A stretch of DNA of 64,000 bases from Candidatus Multivoradales bacterium (GCA_965223155.1 CBDCVR010000014.1:832001-896000), one strand, 5' to 3'. Shown: positions 29,945-40,948, counted from the stretch's first letter. Notes: generated by a model not told the origin, from the sequence alone. Numbers and translations are program-made.

Positions 29945-31453
29945 CTACGAGAAGATCCTGGGCGCGAGCAGAATCGCGGCCGCCGACACCAAGGCAATCG
30001 CGATCAGGTTCAGCCAGAAGCCGGCCCGGACCATCTGCCGGATGGTGAGATAGCCCGATCCGAAGACCACCGCGTTGGGCGGGGTCGCGACCGGCAGCAT
30101 GAAGGCACAGCTCGCGGCCAGGGCCACCGGCACCGCCAGCTCGACCGGCGCCAGCCCGGCCTCGGCGGCGACCGCGGCGACGACCGGTAGGAAGGTCGCC
30201 GTCGTCGCCAGGTTGCTGGTGAGCTCGGTCAGGAACACGATCAGGACGGCGATTACGCCGATCAGCAGCACGGGATTTCGCAATCCCGAGGCCAGCAACC
30301 GCTCGCCGAGCCAGGTGGCGAGTCCGGTCGATGAGACCGTGGCCGCGAGCGCCAGGCCGCCGCCGAAGAGCAGCAGGACGCCCCAGGGCAGATCCCGGGT
30401 GTCTCGCCAACGGAGCAGGCGTGACGAGCCTTCGTCTCCTGTGGCTTCGGTTCCGGCACCCGCGTCCCGCAGGCCACTGGGGATCACGAACAAGGCAAGC
30501 GCGGCCAGCATGGCGATCCCGGCGTCGGTCAGACCGGCCAACGACTCGAAACGGGCCAGAACCGGCCGCGTCAGCCAAGCCAGGGCCAAGAGGCCAAAGA
30601 CCACCGCGACCCGTCTCTCCGGCACGGTCATCGGTCCCTGGCCGGCCCGCAGCTCGGCAAGATGCTGGCGCGTGGCCCGGCTGGTGACGAACCGCACCGG
30701 ATAGAGCCGGCGGGTCAGAAGCCACCAGGTGAGCGGCAGCAGTATCGCCACCAGTGGCAGCCCCAGGAGCATCCAGCGCGCGAATCCCAGCTCGACCCCG
30801 TGGTTCTCGAGCAGAAACGCCGCCAAGAGAGCGTTCGGCGGCGTGCCCACGAGCGTCGCGACGCCGCCCACGGTCGCTCCATAGGCGACTCCCAGGAGCA
30901 TCGCCACGGGGAATCGGCGCCGCACGTCGCTTTCGTCAGGCAGGCGGTCTTGAACGACCGCAACCACCGAGGTGGCGATCGGCAGCAGCATCAGCGTCGT
31001 CGCAGTATTGGTGACCCACATGCTGACGAGAGCGCTCGCCAGCATGAACCCACCCACCAGGCCGGCACCACTGCGGCCGAAGACGGTGATGACCGCGAGC
31101 GCGATTCGCCGGTGGAGTCCCCACCGCTGAATCGCCAGGGCCATCACGAAACCGCCCAGGAAGAGAAAGATCATCGGGTTGGCGAACGGCCGAGTCACGG
31201 TCTCGACATCGGCAATGCCGGCCAGCGGGAAGACCGCGATCGGCACCAGCGCGGTCGCCGCCAAGGGCAGCGCCTCGGTCGCCCACCAAATCCCCATGAG
31301 AAGCGCCAGAGCGGCGGTACGCCAGGCGGCGGCCGACAGTTCGGCCGGAGGCGGCAGGATCAGCAGGAGGCCGGCCGTCAGGGCGCCGGCCAGGAGGCCG
31401 AGTCTGCGCACGCCTTCTAGCCCACCCCGAATACCGACGCCGGCCGGGGACAA
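29945..31453 (-). CDS. DASS/SLC13 sodium:anion symporter
   Basis: WWATEALP, SMWVTNTAT, GTPPN, TELTSNLAT, AFMLPVATPPNA. Confidence 0.95.
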   Translation of the reverse strand: MSPAGVGIRGGLEGVRRLGLLAGALTAGLLLILPPPAELSAAAWRTAALALLMGIWWATEALPLAATALVPIAVFPLAGIADVETVTRPFANPMIFLFLGGFVMALAIQRWGLHRRIALAVITVFGRSGAGLVGGFMLASALVSMWVTNTATTLMLLPIATSVVAVVQDRLPDESDVRRRFPVAMLLGVAYGATVGGVATLVGTPPNALLAAFLLENHGVELGFARWMLLGLPLVAILLPLTWWLLTRRLYPVRFVTSRATRQHLAELRAGQGPMTVPERRVAVVFGLLALAWLTRPVLARFESLAGLTDAGIAMLAALALFVIPSGLRDAGAGTEATGDEGSSRLLRWRDTRDLPWGVLLLFGGGLALAATVSSTGLATWLGERLLASGLRNPVLLIGVIAVLIVFLTELTSNLATTATFLPVVAAVAAEAGLAPVELAVPVALAASCAFMLPVATPPNAVVFGSGYLTIRQMVRAGFWLNLIAIALVSAAAILLAPRIFS

Positions 31454-31478
31454 GCCGCGGCCGAGCTTCGGAGCCGAA

Positions 31479-32156
31479 TCAGAACCACGTCGAGACCTGG
31501 TCGAGATCCTTCTTGACCAGGTTGGGAACCACCGCGCCCTCGGCCGGATAGCCGACGACCAGCAGCAGATAGGGACGCTCGTTGGACGGACGGTCCAGGA
31601 TCTTGTTCAGAAACCGCATCGGCGACGGCGTATGGGTGAGACACACCAGGCCGGCGTGGTGAATGGCGGCAATCAGCATGCCGGTAGCGATCCCTACCGA
31701 CTCGCTGACGTAGTAGTGCTTCTTCTTGGCACCGTCGTCGGTGTAGCCGTGGCTCTGGGCGAAGACGGCGATCAGGTACGGCGCCGTTTCCAGAAACGGC
31801 TTGTTCTCGTCGGTGCCCAGGGGCGCGAGCGCCTCGAGCCAGTCGTGGGGAGCGCGGTGCTCGTAGAACTCGTGCTCCTCCTTCTCCGCCGCGATCCGGA
31901 TCTCGTACTTGATCGCGGGATGGCTCACGACCGAAAAGTGCCAGGGCTGCATGTTGGCGCCGCTGGGAACCGAGTTGGCTGTGCGCAGGCAGTCCTCGAT
32001 GATCTCGCGCGGCACCGACCGGTCGGAGAACTGGCGTACCGAGCGCCGGCGCTGCATCTCGACGAAAAAGCGCATGGCCCGCGCCTTCATCTCTTCTTCC
32101 GGATACTCGATGTACTCGGTCAGCGGCAGAAACGCGTTGTTCGTGGCTTCGGTCAT
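31479..32156 (-). CDS. Nitroreductase superfamily, iodotyrosine deiodinase-like
   Basis: [46 protein letters not shown]. Confidence 0.9.
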   Translation of the reverse strand: MTEATNNAFLPLTEYIEYPEEEMKARAMRFFVEMQRRRSVRQFSDRSVPREIIEDCLRTANSVPSGANMQPWHFSVVSHPAIKYEIRIAAEKEEHEFYEHRAPHDWLEALAPLGTDENKPFLETAPYLIAVFAQSHGYTDDGAKKKHYYVSESVGIATGMLIAAIHHAGLVCLTHTPSPMRFLNKILDRPSNERPYLLLVVGYPAEGAVVPNLVKKDLDQVSTWF

Positions 32157-32283
32157 GGGCGTCCTCGGCGGCTCCCTGCGGAGCGATTGATTCGTTCGGG
32201 CCGCACGATACGACAAAGCCTCGCCTTTGGCACCAGCCGGCCGCAAGAAGCCGCGGCGGGCCTGAGGTGAGAGTCCCGCCGCG

Positions 32284-32571
32284 CTAGCCGGAAGCCTGGG
32301 CGATGCGCTCCGCCCGACGCTGCCAGCGGGCCCTGGCCTTGGCCCGTTCCTGCTCCCGGTCGCGCCGAGGAGCGCTTGTCTCGAGACCGTCCACGAGCTT
32401 GCGGCTGGCCCGGGCGATCTCGGCCACCGCGGCGTCGAAGACAGCTTCGTTGACCTTGGACGGCTTGCGCATGCCGCTGATCTTGCGGACGTACTGCAAG
32501 GCAGCGTCGTTGAGCTCCTCGTCGGTGGCCTCCGGCTCGAAGTTGAACAGAGGGCGAATGTTGCGGCACAT
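32284..32571 (-). CDS. DUF2277 protein
   Basis: [31 protein letters not shown]. Confidence 0.92.
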   Translation of the reverse strand: MCRNIRPLFNFEPEATDEELNDAALQYVRKISGMRKPSKVNEAVFDAAVAEIARASRKLVDGLETSAPRRDREQERAKARARWQRRAERIAQASG

Positions 32572-32592
32572 AGGCGATCTCCTGCGGATAGG

Positions 32593-33039
32593 ATGGAACC
32601 GCTCATGTCTACCATGCCGACGGTCAAGAGCGTGATGACGCCCTTTCCCTACACGATCGCCCTCGGAGACACGATTGCCCGGGCCCAGGATCTGATGGCC
32701 GAGCATGAGATCCGGCATCTGCCGATCAAGGACGAGGACGGAGGTCTTCTGGGGGTGCTGAGCGAGCGGGAGGTCAACCGCCTTCTGGGACCCGACGGGA
32801 CCGGTCCCGGTTCCGCCAGTGCCTTCCGTGTCCGCGACGCACCCATCCAAGACGTCTACGTCGTCGACATGGCGGCGCGGCTCGACGAAGTGGCCGAGAC
32901 CATGGCCGACCGACGACTCGGCGCTGCCTTGGTCACCAAGGACGGCCGGCTGGCCGGCATCTTCACGGTCGTTGACGCCTGCCGGCTGCTGGCGGACTCG
33001 CTGCGGACTCAGTTCCCGGCGGGCGACGGCGCGGCCTAG
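32593..33039 (+). CDS. CBS domain protein
   Basis: Two CBS repeats (VMTPFP...IRHLPI...GVLSERE; ...[11 protein letters not shown]). Confidence 0.9.
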   Translation: MEPLMSTMPTVKSVMTPFPYTIALGDTIARAQDLMAEHEIRHLPIKDEDGGLLGVLSEREVNRLLGPDGTGPGSASAFRVRDAPIQDVYVVDMAARLDEVAETMADRRLGAALVTKDGRLAGIFTVVDACRLLADSLRTQFPAGDGAA

Positions 33040-33213
33040 CAACTCGCTGCCATCGACACGGCCGGCCGGCAAAACCCGTTCGGCCCTCTCACCGAGTCTC
33101 CATAACGCAGCCGGTGAGAAATTGAGAAGATCGCGCCCAGGCGAACCTCGACGCCCCGGGGCCCGTACCAGCTCCTGAACCCGATGACCCACCGACCTTC
33201 GCGAGAGCCACCC

Positions 33214-34155
33214 ATGCAGCAAAGACTCCTCCGCACCGCGACCGCCCCCTTCCTTGCCTTCCTCCTGGCCTGTTCGCCACCGCTGGCGACACTCGGCACG
33301 GCGTCCGAAGTGCCGGGCCGGGCCGGCGGCGAGGACTTCGCCGCCTACTGGTACCAGGGAACCGCCGAAATCACCACCTACCGGCTCGAACAGGCCCGCT
33401 ACGGCGAGATCCACGAGGGCACCGCGGTTGCCATCTTCGTCACCGAGGATTTCTCGCGCTCCAAACACGTCAAGCTAGACCGGCCCGAGGCCGCGGGCGC
33501 CGACCGCGTCAAAGTGCTCAAGCTCAACCTGACCAAGGAGTTCCCCACCGGGGTCTATCCCTACTCGATGATGACCTCGGTCTTCACTCCCGTGGACCTG
33601 GACCGCGAGGCCAAGACCCTCAAGGTCACCACCTCCTCGCAAGAATGGTGCGGCCACACCTTCGAGCAGATCAACCGGACCGACGGCGGCTATACGGTCG
33701 AGCTCAGGTCCTATTTCGAGTCCGAAGGCGACCGGTCCGAACGTATCGGAGACGCCCACCTCGAAGACGGCCTCTGGACTTTGATCCGGCTCGATCCGTC
33801 CAAGCTTCCCACCGGCACTCTCGAAATGGTGCCGGGCACGATGTTCCAGAGGCTGCGGCACGCCGACCTTGCGGCCCAGCGCGTCCAAGCCCGCTTGGAA
33901 CCGGCCGACGGCGACTCCGGATCCTTGGAGTACACCGTACGCTATGCCGAGCTCGAGCGCACGCTCTCGATCCGGTTTGCCGCCGCGTTCCCCTACGAGA
34001 TCGAATCCTGGAAGGAAACCTACCGGTCCGGGTTCGGTCCGGGCGCCCGGACGCTCACCACCCGCGCCGTCGCCGCCAAGCGAACCATGCTCGACTACTG
34101 GCGCCGGAACTCGCGCGCGGACGCTCCACTTCGCACCGAGCTGGGCCTCGACTAG
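33214..34155 (+). CDS. Conserved secreted/lipoprotein of unknown function
   Basis: Signal peptide with LLAC; YWYQGTAEITTY, FVTEDF, TGVYPYSMMTSVF, SSQEWCGH. Confidence 0.8.
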   Translation: MQQRLLRTATAPFLAFLLACSPPLATLGTASEVPGRAGGEDFAAYWYQGTAEITTYRLEQARYGEIHEGTAVAIFVTEDFSRSKHVKLDRPEAAGADRVKVLKLNLTKEFPTGVYPYSMMTSVFTPVDLDREAKTLKVTTSSQEWCGHTFEQINRTDGGYTVELRSYFESEGDRSERIGDAHLEDGLWTLIRLDPSKLPTGTLEMVPGTMFQRLRHADLAAQRVQARLEPADGDSGSLEYTVRYAELERTLSIRFAAAFPYEIESWKETYRSGFGPGARTLTTRAVAAKRTMLDYWRRNSRADAPLRTELGLD

Positions 34156-34183
34156 GCCGGCTAGGGCGCACCTAGGGGCCCTC

Positions 34184-35908
34184 CTAGGGTAGGCGACTCA
34201 GAACGACCTCGTCGGCCAGGAGCCGGCCCGACGCCCCCTTGGTGCCACTCGGAAACCCGAGGCGCACGGTAACCGCCGCTCGCCGTCCGGTCCGGAGATC
34301 GCCGAGCTCGCCGCGCATGCGCCCGCCCACGGTGAGGCGAGCAAGGCCGTCACCGGCACCGGCCGAAGACTCCCGCCGCCAGGCGACCTTCACCCGCGAT
34401 TCGTGGCGCTTGCCGATGGGCGCCGTTCCCACCAGCCTGCGGCCGCCCGCCTCGTTCACGTAGAGCGCCAGGCGGAACCGGCGCGGGCGAGGTTGTTCCA
34501 GAGTCAGGGCCAGATGCTCGCCGCGGCCGTCGGCGACGGTAAGGACATCCTCCTCGAGGCTCAGCCCGAGGTCAGCGACGCGCAAGACTAGTCCGGCCTC
34601 GAGATCGGCGAGTCTCCCTCCCGTCTTGGCGGCCACGACCGCCGCACCGCCCGCCGCCGAAGCCGAGAGCGCGAAGTCGCTTCCGGCGAGGCCGGCGGGA
34701 ACGACCTCGACGTCTCCCCGGCGCCTCCAACCTGTGAGATCGCCGCTCTCGAAGCCATCTGCGAAAACGTCAAGGCTGCTGATCGCAAGAACCCGTCCGG
34801 AAAAATCCAGCAATAGGAGCTCGCCCGCTTCGGTCTCGGCGAAGCTCACGATCGGAAGGCCGCTCTCCTCCAGCACTCGGGAAACCCAGCGGCCGTTGGC
34901 GTTGGGCCGAGCTCCCCAGATCGTGCCCGAGCAGAAGTCGCCGTAGACATAGAGACCTCGAAGAGGCGCTTCGCGGCGGCCGCGGTACCGAAAACCGCCC
35001 GTAACCGAACACCCGAGGTCGTGACCGTACTCGATGATCGCCGCCGTCAGCGCGCCGTCGTCACAATCTTCGGCTGGCTCGAAACAGTCCGAGCCCTCCT
35101 TGAGGCGCCAGCCGTAGTTCTCGCCGCCCCCGCTCGCCGCCGGCTGGAAGTTGATCTCCTCCGTGCGCTGCTGGCCCACGTCGCCAACCAGGAGATCGCC
35201 GGTCGTACGGTCGAACGAGAAACGCCAGGGATTCCGGAAACCGTAGGCCCAGATCTCGGGTAGTGCTTCGGGATCGCCAACGAACGGATTGTCGGGTGGC
35301 GCGGTTGCCGGCACGGTCGTGACGTCGAAGCGCAGGATCTTGCCGAGCGGGCTGGCCAGGCTCTGGGCGTTGTTGCCGGGATCGCCGCCGTTGCTGCCGT
35401 CGCCCGATCCAAGATACAGATAGCCGTCAGGACCGAAGGCGAGCTGGCCGGCGTTGTGGCCCGGCGTCGGCTGCTGGATACGGTACAGCTCGCGCTCGCT
35501 AGAGCGTTGCGCTCGGTCCCGGCCCGGTCCGGCGGCGCGCAGGCGCGAGATGACGTTATCGCCCCCCGCGTCCGTGTAGTTGATGAAGACGAAGCCGTTG
35601 TCGCCGAAGTCCGGGTGCGGCACGAAGCCCAGGAGCCCCTGCCCGCCGCAGCACGGCAATCGTCCGGAAAGATCCAGAAACGGGCGCCGTCGCCGCTTCC
35701 CCTCCGCGTCCAGGATCCACACCCGCCCCTCCTGTTCGGCGACAAAGAGCCTGCCGCTCCCGTCCGGCACCGGCGCCAGGGCAAGCGGCCGCTGCAACCC
35801 GACGGCGAGCTCGGTCAGCCGGAGTGTTGCCGACACTCGAGCGGCCGGCGCTGCCAGGGCAAGGATGCCGACAAAGATCAGGAAACGCGCGAATCGACGG
35901 TTCATCAA
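34184..35908 (-). CDS. PQQ-dependent glucose/sorbosone dehydrogenase family protein with C-terminal extension
   Basis: HNAGQLAFGPDGYLYLGSGDG, GKILR, WAYGFRNPWRFSFD, NYGW, CSVTGG, YGDFCSG, FADGFESGD. Confidence 0.9.
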   Translation of the reverse strand: MMNRRFARFLIFVGILALAAPAARVSATLRLTELAVGLQRPLALAPVPDGSGRLFVAEQEGRVWILDAEGKRRRRPFLDLSGRLPCCGGQGLLGFVPHPDFGDNGFVFINYTDAGGDNVISRLRAAGPGRDRAQRSSERELYRIQQPTPGHNAGQLAFGPDGYLYLGSGDGSNGGDPGNNAQSLASPLGKILRFDVTTVPATAPPDNPFVGDPEALPEIWAYGFRNPWRFSFDRTTGDLLVGDVGQQRTEEINFQPAASGGGENYGWRLKEGSDCFEPAEDCDDGALTAAIIEYGHDLGCSVTGGFRYRGRREAPLRGLYVYGDFCSGTIWGARPNANGRWVSRVLEESGLPIVSFAETEAGELLLLDFSGRVLAISSLDVFADGFESGDLTGWRRRGDVEVVPAGLAGSDFALSASAAGGAAVVAAKTGGRLADLEAGLVLRVADLGLSLEEDVLTVADGRGEHLALTLEQPRPRRFRLALYVNEAGGRRLVGTAPIGKRHESRVKVAWRRESSAGAGDGLARLTVGGRMRGELGDLRTGRRAAVTVRLGFPSGTKGASGRLLADEVVLSRLP

Positions 35909-36113
35909 TCTAGCCTATCGCCATCGCGCGGTCCGGGCCGGCCGTGCGGTGGCCTGATGGACGTCGCTCAGGGCGGCTTCGGCTTCCTGGTCACCCTGGG
36001 GCCGCGGTTGCGACGCCATCGGCATTTCGACAAAATGACGACAAGTCGAGTTGAGCAACTCAACGAGTCGAGCCAGCGCGCACTGGCGACTAATTGACAA
36101 GGAGGGATTCGAG

Positions 36114-38009
36114 ATGACGCAGCCCAAGCACCCGATCCTGGGATGGGTACTCAGGAGCTTCATGGCCGCGGGCCTTGGTATGGGACGTCACGGGGGACTT
36201 CACTGGGGCCTTGTCCGGGGCCCGCTTCTGGGCCTTCTCCTGATCGGGGTCCTCGTCTCGGCCGGAGCGGCGAGCGCCACCATCTACGTCGCGATGCCGG
36301 ACCGGGCTCTGCTCGAGCAAGCCGACCTGGTGGCCGAAGTCACGGTCTTGAACAAGCTCGGGTCTCTGGCCGGTACTCCGGCGGCGACCGACTACTTGGC
36401 CGTCGTCAACCGGACCGTCAAAGGCATTCCAGGCCGGCAGACGATCGTCCTTCGAAGCCCCGGCGGGTCGAGCATGGAGGGCGACGAGCTAGCCATCTCC
36501 GGGGCACCGGAGCTCCGGTCCGGAGATCGCCTGCTGGCCTTCCTTTACGCCGAGGGAGGCAACCGCTACTCCATTCTGCATCTCGGCCTGGGAGCCTTCT
36601 TCCGTCATGAGACGGACACCGGCGTTCTGGCGCTTCGGAGCCTCACCGGCACGACGCTTCTGGATTTCGACCTCGAGCCCACGAGCGACCCGGGGCGCGA
36701 CTACGAAGGCTTCATCGACTGGCTGGCGCGGCGCCAGCGCGGCCAAATCGAACCGGCCTCCTACTTCCGACGTGGCGAGGCTGCGGCAGCGTCCGACGGC
36801 GGCATTGGGCCGGCTGTCGAGCCGTTCCGGCTCACCAAGGTCAATCGCAAGCCGCTCCGCTGGTTCGAGTTCGACGACCGCAAGACCATCCCCTGGAAGA
36901 TCCGGAGCACGGACTCGAACGGCACGCAGAGCCAGTTCACCCAGTCCTTGAAGACCTGGAGCCGCTGCCCGGTCGACCTGCGTCTGGTCGGCGGCACCGG
37001 CAGCACCAACGGACTCAGCCGGTCCGACGGAACCAACGCGCTCATCTTCGGCGATCCCAAGAAGAACGTCGTCGGCATCTTCTCCTGCACCATGGGCGGC
37101 GTTCTGGCCGCCGGCGGCATCTGGTTCGATCCCTCTTCGACCGGAACCTACAAGGGCATGAAGTACATCCGCATCCGCGAGGCGGACATCGTGATCAACG
37201 ACGGCACCGAGTGCCTGCTGAGCACCAACAAGACCGCAGCCGCCGAGCTCTTTACCCACGAGATCGGGCACACCGTGGGCATCGATCACTCAGAGAAATC
37301 GGACGCGACCATGGCCGCGTTCTTCCACAACGACGGCCGCGGATCGAGTTTGCGAAGTGACGACATCAAGGCGCTCGAAACGCTGTACGGCACCTGTTCA
37401 AGCGGCGACGGCGGCGGCTCCGAGCCCGAGCCCGACGACCCCGAACCCGCCGCGGCGCTCGTGCCTCCGAGCAACTTGCGAGCCATGGCCCCGAAGGCCA
37501 AGCTAGTCCGGTTGCGCTGGAACGACAACAGCAAAGACGAGACCGCCTTTCAGATCTGGCGGCGCATCAAGGCCAAGCGCTGGAAGCTGTGGCAAACGGT
37601 CCCTGCCAACACCAAGGTGCTGACGAGCGACCAGGTCCGCCCGGGAACACCGTATACGTTCCGGGTACGCGCCCTGCGCGGCAGGGAGGCTTCCGAGTAC
37701 TCGAACGAGGCCCAGGTCAAGACACCCGCCAACCGGCTGGCCGCGCCCTCAGAGCTCACGGTCGAGGCAACCTCCCCGACCGAGGGCGTCCTCACCTGGA
37801 AGGACACCACCACCGGCGAGGCCAAGTTCCTGATCGAGCGCAAGCAAGGAGACGACGAGTGGCAGCCCTGGAAATCGGCTGACGCCAACTCCACCTCGAA
37901 GGAATTCGGAGACGGCGTCTCCGGCGCCACCTACAGCTTCCGCATGCGCGCCAAGAAAGCGGCGAAGTTCTCCAAGTACTCGAACATCGCCACCGTCACC
38001 ATGCCCTGA
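36114..38009 (+). CDS. Secreted matrixin (M10-like) metalloprotease with two FN3 domains
   Basis: HEIGHTVGIDHS, Met-turn ATM, DDIKALETLYG; FN3 repeats with W.D.S..E..F.I.R; RBS GGAGGG. Confidence 0.88.
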   Translation: MTQPKHPILGWVLRSFMAAGLGMGRHGGLHWGLVRGPLLGLLLIGVLVSAGAASATIYVAMPDRALLEQADLVAEVTVLNKLGSLAGTPAATDYLAVVNRTVKGIPGRQTIVLRSPGGSSMEGDELAISGAPELRSGDRLLAFLYAEGGNRYSILHLGLGAFFRHETDTGVLALRSLTGTTLLDFDLEPTSDPGRDYEGFIDWLARRQRGQIEPASYFRRGEAAAASDGGIGPAVEPFRLTKVNRKPLRWFEFDDRKTIPWKIRSTDSNGTQSQFTQSLKTWSRCPVDLRLVGGTGSTNGLSRSDGTNALIFGDPKKNVVGIFSCTMGGVLAAGGIWFDPSSTGTYKGMKYIRIREADIVINDGTECLLSTNKTAAAELFTHEIGHTVGIDHSEKSDATMAAFFHNDGRGSSLRSDDIKALETLYGTCSSGDGGGSEPEPDDPEPAAALVPPSNLRAMAPKAKLVRLRWNDNSKDETAFQIWRRIKAKRWKLWQTVPANTKVLTSDQVRPGTPYTFRVRALRGREASEYSNEAQVKTPANRLAAPSELTVEATSPTEGVLTWKDTTTGEAKFLIERKQGDDEWQPWKSADANSTSKEFGDGVSGATYSFRMRAKKAAKFSKYSNIATVTMP

Positions 38010-38112
38010 GGGCCGGCGCGGAACCGCGTATCCTCCTCAGAACCGAAGCCGGGAAGCCGCACACGGCGACTTGCGGCGCGTTCCCTGATCGACCGACGAG
38101 TGATCTCCGCCC

Positions 38113-38141
38113 TTGACCCCCGCGCCTGGCCTCGGTACAGT
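38113..38141 (+). promoter_or_regulatory. Sigma70 promoter TTGACC-17-TACAGT
   Basis: Ideal spacing, about 90 nt before the 38230 ATG, which has a strong GGAGGAG RBS. Confidence 0.65.
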
Positions 38142-38229
38142 CCGGCCCGACGCCCCGGATCCTCGACTGTGGCGCGTCTCTAAATAGCCATCACAAAACA
38201 AGAATCCGAACTCAAACGGAGGAGCCTAT

Positions 38230-39246
38230 ATGTCGAAGCTCGCCAAGTTCGCCGCGGTTGCCGTGGCCCTGGTCGCGCTCTCCAGCGTTCCGGCGCTTGC
38301 CAACTGGGATCACCAGGTCGAGTCCACGCTGGAAGCCGATAACGGCAAGCATCCCAAGACGCTGACCCAGATGCTGGTCGTACCCGCGGCCGAAGGCCGG
38401 GGCAAGCGCAATCTCTGCGTCGGCTACGCCAACGATTTCAACAAGAAGAGCGCCGGCGATCTCAAGACGACTTTCGAGATTGCAGCCGTCGATCCAGTAA
38501 CCGAGGAAGAGTCCACCCAGAAGGTGGTCGTCCGCGGCACCCTGCGGCGCAACTTTCACATCAGCTGCCGCGAGGTCAAAGGACTCCAGCCTGGCGATAC
38601 GGTCATCGCCACCCATGAGTTCAAAGCGTTCCCCCGCTTCCGCGAGGGCACGATCAACATCATCGTCTCGATCGGCCGCGAGAAGCTCGAGCGCGACGCA
38701 CTGCTGCCGGCCCCGATTCCGCCCGCACCGCCCGCACCACCCGCTCCGCCGCCAGGCGGCGGTGGCGGCGGTGGCGACGGCGGCGGTGACGGCGGCGGCG
38801 GTGGCGGCGGGGGCACTCCGCCCCCGACCAGCGGCGCTCTGTCTGGAGCTGACCAGTCGGCGATCAACAAGCTCCGCGCTTGGGCCGCCGGCAGCCGCGG
38901 CGTCCAGCTGCGCATGCAGCCCGGCAACCGCCACTACGTGGATCGCCGAGTCAGCGGCGTGATCTCCGAGGTCGGTCCCTTTGGCTCGATCGCTGCCGCG
39001 GTCGATGCCCATTGCCGCGCCACCGGTTGCTCCGGCGGCGGCGGCCTGTCGGGCTCGGACCAGTCCTCGGTGGTCAAGATCCGCAACTGGTCGAACGGCA
39101 GCGGCCGGCGACTGGGCCTGCGCTTCGAAAGCGGCGGCCGGATCCATTTGGATTGGCAGCCGCCTCGCGAAGGCGTCCACACCGGTCCCTTCAGCTCGAT
39201 CACGGCGGCGGTCAACAACTTCTGCCGCATCACGCGAGCCTGCTAG
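38230..39246 (+). CDS. Hypothetical secreted protein with Pro/Gly linker and two C-terminal ~64-aa repeats
   Basis: Signal peptide ending ALA, strong RBS, own promoter and terminator. Confidence 0.85.
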   Translation: MSKLAKFAAVAVALVALSSVPALANWDHQVESTLEADNGKHPKTLTQMLVVPAAEGRGKRNLCVGYANDFNKKSAGDLKTTFEIAAVDPVTEEESTQKVVVRGTLRRNFHISCREVKGLQPGDTVIATHEFKAFPRFREGTINIIVSIGREKLERDALLPAPIPPAPPAPPAPPPGGGGGGGDGGGDGGGGGGGGTPPPTSGALSGADQSAINKLRAWAAGSRGVQLRMQPGNRHYVDRRVSGVISEVGPFGSIAAAVDAHCRATGCSGGGGLSGSDQSSVVKIRNWSNGSGRRLGLRFESGGRIHLDWQPPREGVHTGPFSSITAAVNNFCRITRAC

Positions 39247-39268
39247 GGCAGCCATCTCCGAAACGCAC

Positions 39269-39305
39269 AAAGCCCGCCGCGCACAAGCGCGGCGGGCTTT
39301 TTTTT
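39269..39305 (+). terminator. Rho-independent terminator, possibly bidirectional
   Basis: AAA-GCCCGCCGCGC-ACAA-GCGCGGCGGGC-T8 between convergent genes. Confidence 0.93.
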
Positions 39306-39324
39306 CTCGGGCGGCGCGATTCGG

Positions 39325-40050
39325 CTAGCGGGCCGCGTCCAGGACCAGAGCCTCGAGCGCCAGATGCACCATCTCGTCGAAGGTGGATTGGCGCTCGTCC
39401 GACGAGGTGCTCTCGCCGGTGATGACGTGATCGCTCACAGTCATGATCCCGAGCGCTCGGGCGCCGCGCTCGGCGGCCAAGCCGTAGAGACCGGCGGCCT
39501 CCATCTCGACCGCCAGGACTCCCATCTTGAGCTTGGCGTCGAAAGGATTGGGCTCGGCACCGTAGAAGAGATCTGAGGTATGAACCAGGCCGGCCTTGGT
39601 CTCGATTCCAAGAGCATCGGCGGCGTCCGCCGCTGAGCGCAGAAGACCAAAGTCCGCGACCGCCGCGAAGTCCTTGCCGTCGTACCGGCGCCGGTTAACC
39701 AGCGAGTCGGTGCAAGCGCCCACCGCCAGGATGACGTCCCGGATGCCCACGGCCTCCGCGATACCACCGCAACTACCGACCCGGACCAGGCGGTTGACCC
39801 CATACTCGGCGACCAGCTCGGTGGCATAGATCGAAGCGGACGGAACACCCATCCCGGTACCCATGACCGAAACCGGCATGTCCTTGTAGCTGCCGGTGAA
39901 ACCGAGCATGTTGCGTACCGCCGTGACCTGCCGGGCGTCGTCCAGATGGTTGTCCGCGATGTGCTTGGCGCGGAGCGGGTCGCCCGGAAGCAGAACCGCT
40001 TCGGCGAAGTCGTCCGGCTGCGCGCTGATGTGAGGTGTCGGTGTCGCCAT
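39325..40050 (-). CDS. deoD: Purine-nucleoside phosphorylase DeoD
   Basis: [45 protein letters not shown]. Confidence 0.97.
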   Translation of the reverse strand: MATPTPHISAQPDDFAEAVLLPGDPLRAKHIADNHLDDARQVTAVRNMLGFTGSYKDMPVSVMGTGMGVPSASIYATELVAEYGVNRLVRVGSCGGIAEAVGIRDVILAVGACTDSLVNRRRYDGKDFAAVADFGLLRSAADAADALGIETKAGLVHTSDLFYGAEPNPFDAKLKMGVLAVEMEAAGLYGLAAERGARALGIMTVSDHVITGESTSSDERQSTFDEMVHLALEALVLDAAR

Positions 40051-40115
40051 AAGCTCTGTCCTTTCGTATGAGCGGTCGATACTAGCCTGATTTTCCTGCG
40101 GTAGAGTCTTCGCCG

Positions 40116-40937
40116 ATGCAACCCGAGCTCACACCGGGGACCTGGCGTCACCGCATGCACGAGGTGATCTTCGAGGCGGACACGCCGGCCGGGAAGCGGT
40201 TCGACGTGGCTCTGCTGATCGCCATCGTCATCAGCGTGGTGGCAGTCCTGCTGGAGAGCGTGGCCTCGATCCAGGCCCGCTACGGCCCGATCTTGAGAGC
40301 GATCGAGTGGGGCATCACGATTCTCTTCACCGTCGAGTACGCATTGCGCCTGATCAGCGTGGGCAAGCCCACCCGCTACGCCGTCAGCTTCTTCGGCATC
40401 GTGGATCTGCTCTCGATCGTACCCACATACTTGAGCGTCTTGATCGCCGGCAGTCAATCACTGCTCGTCATCCGAGCGCTACGGCTGCTGCGGATCTTCC
40501 GGGTGCTCAAGCTCGCCCACTTCCTGACCGAGGCCCATTCCCTCTATGCCGCGCTCAGGGCCTCGAGCCGCAAGATCATCGTCTTCCTGGGCGCGGTCCT
40601 GACCGTCACCTTGATCGTGGGCTCGGCTATGTATCTCATCGAGGGCCCGGAGAACGGCTTCACCAGCATCCCCACCGCCGTCTACTGGGCGATCGTCACC
40701 ATGACCACCGTCGGCTATGGCGATCTCTCGCCGCAGACGCCGGCCGGTCAGTTTCTGGCGTCGATCATCATGATTCTGGGCTACGGCATCATTGCCGTGC
40801 CCACCGGCATCGTTTCGGTCGAGATCGCCGCGGCCCTGCGCAACGCCACCCACACCACGGCCTGCACCGAGTGCGGGGGCGAAGGCCACGCCGTCGATGC
40901 CCGTCACTGCAAGTACTGTGGCGCGCTCCTCGACTAG
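40116..40937 (+). CDS. Voltage-gated potassium channel (ion transporter)
   Basis: S4 [13 protein letters not shown], filter TTVGYGD, C-terminal CxxC...CxxC. Confidence 0.95.
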   Translation: MQPELTPGTWRHRMHEVIFEADTPAGKRFDVALLIAIVISVVAVLLESVASIQARYGPILRAIEWGITILFTVEYALRLISVGKPTRYAVSFFGIVDLLSIVPTYLSVLIAGSQSLLVIRALRLLRIFRVLKLAHFLTEAHSLYAALRASSRKIIVFLGAVLTVTLIVGSAMYLIEGPENGFTSIPTAVYWAIVTMTTVGYGDLSPQTPAGQFLASIIMILGYGIIAVPTGIVSVEIAAALRNATHTTACTECGGEGHAVDARHCKYCGALLD

Positions 40938-40948
40938 CAGCCAGAGGC

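Noticed and set aside
38700-38830. GGC/CCG microsatellite as a phase-variation tract
   Set aside because: It is in-frame, uses mixed codons and encodes a Pro/Gly linker
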